A stretch of 64,000 nucleotides of DNA from Stegostoma tigrinum (lineage: Eukaryota). Under the pieces are notes generated by a model. It had not been told where the DNA came from, did not search any database, and saw only the letters and a list, made by a program, of their open reading frames with translations. Where the stretch lies: assembly GCF_030684315.1 (NCBI RefSeq), contig NC_081394.1, positions 5,426,163 to 5,490,162 of the forward strand, given 5' to 3'. Position 1 is the stretch's first letter; each line of letters opens with the position of its first letter. The position numbers and the translations under genes are program-made. Positions 49,701-61,800 of the stretch are shown piece by piece.

Positions 49701-51717
49701 GTTCAGTACAGAGTGTGGACTGAGCGAGCAGGATGGAGAAGGCGTGGGATAATAGCTTTCAAACTTAAGGTTTCTAATGCAGCTTAAAGTTCACAGCATC
49801 CGTCAAATATCAATCATCAACTCCACTAAAAATTCCATGGGGTTGAAGATGACTGTCCCCCCCCAGCGGAGATGGCGAGGTGGTGAGTGCAGGGTGCAGG
49901 ATTAAAAATTGCTGGGATTGGAATCAAGGATTCCGATCTGCCCAGCCAGTTTTTAACAGCCTCCAGAATGGGTCTGACTTTGTGAAAACCGCGGCGTAAC
50001 TGTATGGGATTGTGTTGGTGGTCCAGACTTGGACGTTGGTAAGTCATTGCTGATCTCAGCCTCTCCAATGGCAATCACCAAACAGCTACTGCAATGAGCT
50101 AATTCAGAGACAGGGTTAGAGCAACTCAGCTGCAGCCACCCCCCAGCCCAGGGGCTCATTCTCCATTCGCTGTGTCTGCATGATCGGGTGACAGCACCTC
50201 CATTTCACTTGGTTCAAGCAGATCATTCGAAGGGTCTTGATGACAGCTTTTGTTTTCATTCCTAGGAGAGAGAAACCAGCAGAGTTCAGGTGAAAACAAT
50301 CCAACTGTTTGGACAGGGGAGTAAAGCAGCTGCTCAGAAGCACACACCCATGAAATGGCACTCAACAGCGTGGGACGAATGGCAGCTCGAAAATGCGTAT
50401 CAGGAGCTGCACGCTGATGGAGCCCTCAGAGAGTCGAGGAGAGGAGGCTTGTAGGAGGCGATGGGCTGGACACTCCACAGGAGCTGTGCTGACCGACGGA
50501 GGGAGGGCCACAGGAGACAGGGAGAGAACCCTGCAACAGTTCCTCATCCCACTGTGAGTGGAAAGATGGTGAGCACAGCCATGTGGATATTGAGTGGAAC
50601 AAGGAAAGCCAGGATGGGATTCCTAATGACAGAATCCTCCAATTCCCAACTTCGAGGGAAGGTTTGAAAAGGCTGAGGCGAGTTACATAGCAGCTGTAAC
50701 GTGGGATACAGGAATGACCAAAAACAATCTGACACTGAGACACACACAAGCAATGAGACATTCCTTGAAAATCAGCTTCAATGAGCACTGCGTGGGTGTG
50801 GCTTAGGGTGCATTGATCCCAGCATTCACTCGAGTGAAACTTTCTTACATTCCCTTAAAAACAAATACATCACACATTTCCTAAAGAGACAAGACTGTGC
50901 ACAGGCCTCCAGTTTGCTTCTGATACATATCCTTATAGAACCTGCAGCAAGATCTCCTTCCTCTGACCCACCTGCAAGGAAGGTGGCTATCCCATTCCCC
51001 TTCCTCATTCCTTACATGGTAACTTAGCGATTTGTCTACAATTTCCTCTGAATGACACATTCACTGGCCTTTCACCTTGTAAAAATAGCCTTTTCCATTC
51101 ACTCTTCACTTTTTTTTACACAAGCCACGACAGTTATGGTCCAGTCAATTATCCAGCCTACCCCTGTTTGCAGCCTCTGTATCCTCCTCGCAGCTTACTT
51201 TCCCACTGAGCTTTGTATCATCAGCAAACTGGGACAATTATTCTCTATCCCCTCATCCCAGTCGCTGATATAGATTGTGAGTCACTGAAGTCCCAGCACT
51301 GATCCTTACAGCACCAGTTACATCCTGACAGCTGAAAATGACCGATTTGTTCCTGCTCTGTTCCTGTGCATTAACCAATCCTCAGTCCATTCTGTATAGC
51401 CACCTCATTCTATGAGCCCTCATCTTGTGCGACAACTTATTGTGAGTCACCTACTTAAATACCTCCTGAAATTCCTGATATATGCCCCATCCTCTGGTTT
51501 TCCAGTGGGATAACTCTTGCTCCGTTCCAATCCATGAGGACTATTCAGCAACAAGAGGATGACAAGCAGGAAGTGACTGGGTGATGCTGCTCAGGCTGGA
51601 TTGAAGCATCCTCACAGCTCAGGGAATGGACAGGGGCAGAGCGCAACAACATTTCATGCAGTTTCATACAAAGAAAAAAGGGTAACCATGGAAATTGTGA
51701 AACATTCCAGAACTCAC

Positions 51718-54700
51718 CACCTTTTTCGCTTCCAAATGTTATAAACCACAAGTACAACAACAACAAAAACAGCAACAATCCCGATTCCCAATCCAACTCT
51801 TGCTCCAGTGGAGATTCCAGGACCTACTGACAGAATGAAGACATGAGCAAACTGGGACACATGAACAAAACTAACAGCAGAGACCCTCAGCACCTAGTGT
51901 TTCAGAATGAGCCCCACTACAAACAGATCCCTGGGCGATTCTAGTCCTGGAGGGATGTGGGAGGCTAGATCACATAGATGAGAATATAGCTGCAGATAAA
52001 CAGATATAAACCAATCGCATTGAACACAATCATAATTATAATCCTCTGATACACACCTCCTTTACGCACATACATACGCACAAACAAACAGAGAAAATAG
52101 ATTACTCGCGTGCGTGGAGAAAGCCGGAAAGTCAGTTCAGGCATCTTTCGTAATTAGTTTCCTGCAAGTTGCAACTGAACTTTTTACAAGCTCAGAGAAT
52201 GGGCAGCTTCTGCGGCGAACAACGGCACAATCTTTTGTCTCATTCGTTCTGTGTGTCTGTGTCTCTGGGAATTGTTTTCCACCACTCTCCGAATTCAAAA
52301 GGGATGGAAAGTGGGAGAGTGAAAAGAAGGCAAGAGATAAGGAAAGGATAACTGGGAACGCTTCACGGTGTCCTCCTCAGATCAAAAGGGAAAGTACCGA
52401 GGGTGGAAGTGAAAGTCAGAAGCCAATGGTGTTTCCACGGTACCAAGGTGGGACACTTGCATTCAGAATGCTGGAGGTTCAACTGGAAACAGATAGGACG
52501 GATTGCAGTTTGTAAGAATGAGTCTGAAAAAGAAAGAAATCAGGTTGTAGCTCGAATTAAAATTAGAGGTAGACTCTGCCGTGAATGTCACAAAAATTCA
52601 TAGCATAGATGAGAAATACGAAGGATTTTTGTGCACGGGCCATTTTCTTCAAAGGAAGAATCCAAGTTGATAACTATTCTCAGAGATACAAGGGCTACTC
52701 AAACTCTCTTGAGGGAGTAGGATTTAATTTTCCATTCAGAGATTTCAATGAAAGCCACCGTGTTGGGAAATGGAATAGATGGAGAGGATATTCCAGTTTG
52801 CTTTCTCCAAAGTCCAACTGAAGCATAGCTTGGGTTGACTGCGCTCATGGTAGTCAGGACAGTTAAGAAATGACCTGTAGATGGAATTCTTTTACTTCTG
52901 GGGAATGATCTGACAGATGCAAAAGTTTCAACTTTGCTAATTATCACAGAAAGTCCAGCTGAAGCTTAAATGACAGAACAGTTAGAGGAACAGGTCCCAA
53001 TATTCTTCAATCCTGTAGCATGACCAGATCAATTGATAAAGAAAGTCCAGCCCAGAGGTCACAGTAATACTGCAAACAGATTCTAGGGTCACTGAAGCTC
53101 CATTTAAGAATAAAGATAATTCAAAGGAAGCGTTTGGCATGTCTTCATTAACTGAGAATCAGGAAGCAGAGCCAAATTCGAGAGCGATAGCACAGACAGC
53201 TCAGGCTGAGGCTCCGTCTGCCGGAGTTCCAGACTGTCATTATATTTTTAAAAACGTTCTGATGAGGAAGTGGAGACATCCTCATTAACCAGTGAATGAC
53301 AAATAGATGATTGTTCATCAAAACTGGTACTGTCCAGATATTGTGAAGAAACTTTGTGAATCGCATGTGAAAGTCCAATAGCAGGAGATATGAGAATATT
53401 GAAAACACAGTCGTCAATAAACAGGTATTTTATATGGGTCAGGGCTTCATAAAGACATAGTGCAGTTCTGTAAAACATAGACATGTCAGGAAGTAAGAAT
53501 ATTTCAGCATGTAATCACGATACCCACACGAGATTCTGAAGAACCTTTTAGTTGAGGGTTTGTGGGTTGTGAAGGATCATTTTCATATTTCTGGGAAAGA
53601 TAATATAATTGCAGATAAATTATCCCAAATGTAAAATGTTAAAATAAGTTCAACATTCAGGAAATTCTAAGATTGTGTAAGATTCACAAAATGAGAGGAT
53701 CAATGAAAGTATGTAAATCTTGCTTTGATGCAGTGTAAAGAGGGAGGACGTGTGGCACAGCGGCTGCGTCCTTGTTTGGGGTCACTACCTCCAGGTTTAA
53801 GGACTTCACCATGACAGAACGTGTGCCTTAGCTGGCCAAACAGGTTGATTATCAACCTGTAAACCCCTTCTTCAGACCTAGTGTCCTGATCAAGAAAAAA
53901 ACATGTGGCAGCTGCTGTGAAAAAGTTAAGATTCCCCACATTGATGCTTCCCACACAGGGTCTCAGTGCGAGCATCATCCTCCCTCTGAGGAACAGGCAG
54001 CTCGCAGAAACAACTTTATCCAGCAGGTGAGGGATAATAGGAACTGCAGATGTTGGAGAATCTGAGATAACAAGGTGTGGAGCTGGATGAACGCAGCAGG
54101 CCAAGCAGCATCGGAGGAGCAGAAAAGCTGACATTTTGGATCTAGACGCTTCATTGTTTTCTCAAACTGGAAACAGCATACTCATGGAACCAAGTAAATC
54201 TCAATAAGATGAGAAAATTCCCTTTCTCTCTGGGACTGGGGTTGGGGGAGCGGAAGGGCAGCTTACACCTGGATCACTGTTACTCTCCACTGACTTCACT
54301 TTCCATCAGTTTCCCAACAGCAGGGTTGCATTCAAAGTGTACTGAGACTCTCCACACAGAATTCCAGAAACACTAATGTCAGTGGGAAGCAGGGATCCTC
54401 AGAGTCCTGTATCTGAGTGCCATGATGGGATTTGAATTCTCATTCACTGGATTATTAGTCCAGGTCTCTGGACTGTTGTCTAGTAACATGACCAACACTG
54501 GACACCCCCAAACAAGTGTCTTCAGGCCCCTACTGTATTGCATGTACAGCTATGACTGTGTTGCCAAATTCCGAATGAACACCATCTGCAAGTTCACTGC
54601 TGACTTCAGCATGGTGGGATGGCTATCTAACAACAGAATGGAGTTGGAGGGCTTGGCCATGTGCTGCAATAAAAACAGTCTGTCTCCCAACCGCTGCAAA

Positions 54701-57700
54701 ACTAAAGAATTGATCATTGACTTCAGGAAGAATGGAGGAGAACATGCCTCCATCTATTTCGATGGAACTGAGGTGGAGAGGATGAAGAGCATGATGTTCC
54801 TTGAAATGACAATAACGGACAACCTGTCCTGGACTTGCCACGTAGACGTGACAGTCAAGGAGACACGGCAATGCCACTTCTCGCTCAGGCGGCTCAGGAA
54901 ATTGGCATATTGACAAGGTCCCTCACCAGCCTCCATAGATGCACCATTGAAAGTGCTCCGTCCGGGTGTATAACGGCCTGGTACGGTAACTCTTCTGCCC
55001 AGGACTGTGAGAAACTACAGAAGGCTGTGTGCACAGCCCAGACCATCACAGAAGCCGACCTGCCATCCGCGGACTCTACTCACACAGCTCACTGCCACAG
55101 AAAGGCAGCCAACATCATCAAAGACTCATCACACCCGGGTAATGACCTTCCATAACCTCTTCCATCATGCAGAAGATACAGAAGCCTGAAAGCATGTACG
55201 AACATGTTCAGGAGCAGCTTCACTCTGGCTGTTATCAGACTGTTGAATGTCTTCTCACCTCAGCCAATGGAACCTGCAATGTAACCTGCATGCCTCTATT
55301 TGCTCTGTACATCCCTTGCATGCTGTGATCTGCCTGTACTACATGTAAACAAAGCTTTTCACTGATTTATTGTCACATGTACCAAAATACAATCAATCTG
55401 ATGGACAGGAAGGGGTCTCTCAACAACTTAATAACAAATTCCAAGGGCCAGTTCCAGGTAACAGTGACCCACATCACTCACTTTAGCAGACTCATTCTTT
55501 CATACAATACCACACAGCATTGCAAACCACCAATGTCGCTCCCTGTTTATCCCGCATGATCAAATGTAAGATATGAAAACACAGCAATATTTTACACACA
55601 GATTTACCTGGTACAGTTGTGTTTGGTCCAGCGGTAGGAGCTCGCTCTCAAGAAAACAACATGCGTTTGGTACAGTGTGTGAAACAAACTGCAGAAATGT
55701 TCAGAGATTCTATCGGGCTTTAGGGAAACACATCCAAGGAGGAATGAGGATTGGGTCAAACTGATCAGGAGGGATCAAGGACAGAATGGGAGTGAAAATT
55801 CCAACAAGATTGTGTTATCTGTAGAATGGAAGTTTTCCAGAGTTTCCCTGAGCAGGATCATTCCCAGCAGATTTCATCCCCCTGTGGGGACAATTCTCAC
55901 AGGATCCTGGACCAAAAGGGAGACACTTTCAAGCTCAGTCTTCAGAGCCTTGTAAAGGCTGCATCGGGGGTTCTGTGGGTCCCACGTCCTGCACCCCAAC
56001 CTCTGGAAACAGAAGCGCCGTGTTTCTGGGAAGGAAGTGTAGGTTATGGCACATACAGTTATATGATATATTGGTCTGTCTTTAGTTTGGCCTGAATTAG
56101 ACTTGGAGTCTGTTCAGTTATGTTCTGTTTTGTTTTCTCTCTCGTGGTTTAAAACTGATTGAAGCTCTGAATAAATCAGAGCATGGTTAATGTCAGACTG
56201 GAGTCACACAGACCAAGTAAGGGCACCAGGGTTTAATACCAAAACATTGGAACGCAGAACAGAGGAGCAGGAGTAGGCCATTCAGCCCTTCAAGCCTGTT
56301 CCACCACTCAATATGATCATCACTGATCTTCCAGTTCAGGGATGGTCTCACTAAGACCTTGTACAATTGTAGCAAGGCATCTCCACTCCTGTACGCAATT
56401 CCTGTCACTATGAAGGCCAACGTACCATTTGTCTTCTTCACCACCTGCTATGCCTACCTTCAGCAACTGGTGTACAGGGACACCCAGGTCTTGTTGCGCC
56501 TCCCCCTTTCCCAATCTATCACTGTTCAGATAATTATCTGCCCCCCTGCTTTTGGTTTCAAAGTGAATGACCTCACATTTATCCAAATTATCTGCATCTG
56601 CCAAGCATTTTCCCACTCACTCAACTTATCCAAATCACACTGAAGCATCTCTGCATCCTCCTCACAGTTCATCTTCCCACCCAGCTTTGTGTTGTCTGCA
56701 ACCTTTGAGACATTAACTTAAAACCCTCATCTAAATCATTCATATATTGTGTGCATACATGGGATTCAAGCACTGAAGCCATTTGGTACCCCACAGATGC
56801 CAAGCTAACCGGTCTATATTTCCCTGTTTTCTCTCTCCCTGCTCTTTTTAAAAATTGTATGGTTACATTAGCTACCCTCTAATCCATAGGAGCTCTTTCA
56901 GAGTCTATAGAATCTTGGACAATAATCAGTAATCCAGCAACATACGCTGGGAGTGTTCTTACCTAAAGGGTCGTCAGTGATTAGTTTCACAACAATTCAA
57001 CATCTTCACTGTCACTTTTCTTCTTTCTCTTTCCAGATTTTTATTTAATACCCTGAATTTGAACCCTGACAGTCCCATGGTGGGATGTGAATTTTTATTC
57101 TCTGGATTATTAGTCCAAGTCTTCACATTTCTCATAACCCCTTCACTGCTATCCCCATAGCATCAGAGATTAAATACACAATACCTAAAACAGAAACCTC
57201 TCACCTTTTACTGAGAGATGAACAATTTCAGTTTGCTCCCAATATACACCTACAGTCGTGTTCCGGAAAATCTGGCACTGATACTCATCCTGGTCTGTCT
57301 CCCTGAGGTCAGAGATCAGAACTGACCAGTTGCCTTTTTCCAGCTGATCTTTGAACAGGTTTGTTCTGTTTATGAACTGTGTATCTTGTTCTCTCAAATT
57401 ATCGTTTCCATAGACAAACTTGTGTACAATTTCCGTCTTGCGTCTCCCCCAGATGACCAGTAAATCAGAGACTGGGATTTTCCCTTTGTAGATACAGGGC
57501 AGTACAACCTGCTCTCCAAGGAATCCAGAAACTGACACAGGCGAGTCACCTGCAAAAGAGTGAAAGTGTTTATCCACAGATATAACCTCCCTGCTGGTAC
57601 ATTACATCCCAAGCTTCACATGGATACATTGAGATGCTGAAATTACAACAACCGCAGCTTCATTTCATTTCTGTGGAAAGGTCAAAGTTCAGGATGGCTC

Positions 57701-58078
57701 TATTTATCATTAACGGTTCCCTGCGATACATTAATCGGAGTTTAAAAGAGTTTAGAAACGTATAAAATTTTGGCAGGACCAGATAGGATCACAGCACTGA
57801 CCTGAAACAGCAGAAACAGCACTCAGCAGGAGCAGCAGGGGGAGCGGTTTCTGTGAGCAATGTCCCTGCAACAAGAAAACACTGTGAGCCCCTTTCCCGA
57901 CACATTCACTGCTCGGAAAGCTTTCCCCCGCATTTACCTCCCTCCATGTCCGCGGGTGGCAGGCACTGACAGTAAATACCTGCATCTCCTTTCCCGGGAC
58001 CCGGACTGGGATCAGGATCAGGGCCAGACACCGACAGGAGACCGAGAAGCTGCTGAGAAACACTTTGTAAAACTCCAT
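51718..58078 (-). CDS. Gene C: single IgV-domain B7/butyrophilin-like protein
   Basis: Exons 58078-57980, 57865-57802, V 57549-57205 (345 nt), stalk 55646-55608 (acceptor weakened, ttTAG to ttGAG), TM 51823-51718, alternative terminal exon 54412-54399. Confidence 0.7.
57205..57549 (-). CDS. Ig V-set exon of gene C
   Basis: Canonical splice sites and open frame; F-G region reads YQCQIFRNTTVGVYWEQ. Confidence 0.9.
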
Positions 58079-58843
58079 GTTAGAGGAAGCGCAGACTGTC
58101 CATTATCGGAGCCGTTGATGCAATGTCCCGCTGGGTTCCCTGTTCGCTGGGAAATGTGTTGTTCCCCTAATAAATTGCATCTGTCATCAAGAGGCGCCCC
58201 CACCGTCCAAATCGCAGCAAAATGTCCTGGTTCTTCAGAAAGTGGTGAAAAGCACAAAGCAGTTTCTGTTGTCTCGGCCTGAAATGTGTTTGTGCTCCTA
58301 AGATGCACCGCACCCACTGCGTTTATCCAGCTCGACACTGTCATCGCTCTTTCAGTTTCATTTGCTTTGGCCAGGTCGGAAAGTTGTTTGCAAACAGTGA
58401 CAATTCACAACCTGACCCACATTGTAGAGAGAGGGGTGGTGTCTGCGGATCACCCCACCCCTCCGCCGTTCCTTCCCACACCCCGGCTCTGGATTCACAG
58501 TTTCCCGGGAGCCCCCCTCTCGGATCGGTGTCTCACTCGAATCCCTTCAGGCCAAAAGCAGCTTTGACCCGGACTTTTCCGACAGAGTCTGCACCGAGAT
58601 CTCTCACTCCCCCGCCGTCTCTGTGCGAATGGTAGAGTCCGGGAGCTGGCGCGCCCTCTGCTGTTCAGACCCATACTGTTCCCCTACAGTCTCACATGTG
58701 GGGCAGGGGAAAAGGACCGCGAATGGACCCAACCGTGAGAACATCGCTGACAAACACCTGGCACAAGCTGCTTTTAGTTGAGATTCCTGAATTTCTGAGC
58801 TTTAACCCTTCCACAGAAATGGAAGCAGTGAGTTACTAATCGG

Positions 58844-61800
58844 ATCTTATTACTACTGCAACTAAAAAAAACTAGAAAGCCGTCTGGGAGAACTCCCCTT
58901 CCATTGTTACAACTGTGTTAAAAAAACCTAAAATCTTCCTAAATTACCAACTTAGGTCAGCTCCCTAGCCACTTCAATTCTTCTGCCTTTACAACCTATT
59001 TTTTTAAAAAATCAGGACAAAGTTAACTTTTTAAAGTGACAACAGTCACACACCCCCTTTAAAACAATGAACCACCAATATACAAAGATGGTTTATGTTA
59101 AAACCCTAAGTCTGACTCTGTTAGTTTGCTGTGATACATTGACATTCCATTGTTTCCAGTGATTGAATGCAACCATTCCTCCTTCATTCTATTTCAGTCC
59201 GTTGACTCCTGCCACCAAACTTCTCCATCTTTCTTGATCCAAATCACAACAATGTGTCGGCATTAACGGTTTCTCATCCTGTCACATGTGTAATTTTCAA
59301 ATTGAATGGCTGCGATAATAGCGCCATCTCAACAGTCTGGAATTTCTGTCCTTAAATGACTCCAAAATCTTTAATGGGTTATGATCAAGATATACAATTG
59401 TGTCAGACACATTACAGGCAATATAAATGTTGTTACACCAAATTCAAGGGCTCCTTCTCAATCGTGGAATATTTCTGTTGCTGATTATTCAGTTTCCTGG
59501 AGAAATACTCGAGTGGTCTTTCAATCTTCTCATCGTCTTGTTCTAAGAGTAGAGCACCGACACTCACTTCAATAACCACGTTGAATGGCTTTGTGTAATG
59601 AGTTGTGGCTAACCCTGGGGTGGTGTTTAACACAGCTTTCAGCCTGTCGAGTACCTCCTGACAATCTGCCGCACACTGCACTTCTTCAATAAGACAGTCA
59701 GCGGAGAACCACACTGTTAAAATTCAGTACGAATTTCCAATAAAACCCACTCTTCAGCAATGGGAAACCCGCCAATAAACTTTGTTTTCACAATGCATGG
59801 GGCCAACTGTCCATGTCCAGTAACAGTACCCAAAAATGTGAATTGGGCTTTGGTGAATCCACTCTCAGCCAGGTTTATCACCAAGCCTGGCTCCTGAAAT
59901 TGATCAAACAATTCAGATAAATGCTGCAAATATTCCTTCCGTGTTTGATGAAAAACCACCAGGTTGACATTGTACACCAGGCAAATGGGTAATCTGGAAA
60001 TGTCTTAACTGTTTAGTCTCGGAAATGTCGCTAGCACTTTTTTCAGACCAAATGGCCTGACTTTAAATTGATATAGTTCATTCAGTGGCATGAAATCCAA
60101 ACTTGTTTTTGTTGTTTTGTATAGAAGTACCAGACACTATCCTCTGAGTAAGTCCAACTTACAAATAAGGGTTGCTCATCCCACTTTCTCAATGCAGTCT
60201 TCCAAATGCAGAACAGGTCATGAATCAGACTTTGTAACTGCATAGACATTGCAATAGTCCACACATAATTGCTGGGGACCATTGGGTTTTGGCATCATGA
60301 CTATGGGTGAGCTCCAGTCTCTGTAACTCACTTTGATTGATTGTGTTGTCTTTGAGTGTGCTTTCAATCTCTTCTCGAACCTGTATCACCCTTACAGCGC
60401 TAAGTCTATTAGGATGTTGCTGAATTGGACATCATGCAGAGCTGGATTCGCCCTTCCCAGTTTATTTCCACATATCTCCCTATGTGATTGTAACATCTCT
60501 TTCAGGTCATTTTGATTTTCTTCTGGAAAGTAACTCAATAATTTATACCAGTTTTGAGAACTTGGTCACAATGTCCATGGAACATTCTGGAAGTTACCTT
60601 TTCACAGATCAGCACATGGTGTGACTGATGATCCACACAGTGAAAGGTGGTTCTGCATGTTCCTGAGACTGTGGCTGGCAAAAGTAGGGAAAGGAGATGA
60701 AACAGATTGTCAGGCAACTCAGTTTCTCCAGAAGGCCTCATTCTGAATGCTTAGCTGAACTCTAAGAGTCACCAGTTGATGAGCTCAGCCAGGGTTTATT
60801 ATGTTGGACTAAAGTATGTTTTCATTGATTTTGATGTGTTGTTTCAGCATCTATAGGCTCAATTGGACGAGGTTAAGAGGGTGTGAAATGAGGGAAAGCT
60901 TCTGATAATAAAGTGGCTCTGCTGTCGAATTGACAATGTCAGAGTTGTAAGAATAGCAGTTCTTTATCAAAGCAGATTTCTAATTCTTTGCAATCATCAT
61001 TTAAAGCTTGGCATCATTATTATCCGGTGAACTGGTTCAGTACAGAGTGTGGACTGAGCGAGCAGGATGGAGAAGGCGTGGGATAATAGCTTTCAAACTT
61101 AAGGTTTCTAATGCAGCTTAAAGTTCACAGCATCCGTCAAATATCAATCATCAACTCCACTAAAAATTCCATGGGGTTGAAGATGACTGTCCCCCCCCCA
61201 GCGGAGATGGCGAGGTGGTGAGTGCAGGGTGCAGGATTAAAAATTGCTGGGATTGGAATCAAGGATTCCGATCTGCCCAGCCAGTTTTTAACAGCCTCCA
61301 GAATGGGTCTGACTTTGTGAAAACCGCGGCGTAACTGTATGGGATTGTGTTGGTGGTCCAGACTTGGACGTTGGTAAGTCATTGCTGATCTCAGCCTCTC
61401 CAATGGCAATCACCAAACAGCTACTGCAATGAGCTAATTCAGAGACAGGGTTAGAGCAACTCAGCTGCAGCCACCCCCCAGCCCAGGGGCTCATTCTCCA
61501 TTCGCTGTGTCTGCATGATCGGGTGACAGCACCTCCATTTCACTTGGTTCAAGCAGATCATTCGAAGGGTCTTGATGACAGCTTTTGTTTTCATTCCTAG
61601 GAGAGAGAAACCAGCAGAGTTCAGGTGAAAACAATCCAACTGTTTGGACAGGGGAGTAAAGCAGCTGCTCAGAAGCACACACCCATGAAATGGCACTCAA
61701 CAGCGTGGGACGAATGGCAGCTGGAAAAAAAATGGCAGCAGGAGCTGCACGCTGATGGAGCCCTCAGAGAGTTGAGGAGAGGAGGCTTGTAGGAGGCGAT

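Larger units (their letters stand above)
47509..58843. repeat. Tandem unit C
   Basis: Same junction and content as units A and B. Confidence 0.95.

Noticed and set aside
13385-57549. Rearranging Ig/TCR/IgNAR V-segment cluster
   Set aside because: Each V exon includes its own G strand and ends in a GT splice donor. No flanking CACAGTG/ACAAAAACC recombination signal, D/J segments or C exons were seen.
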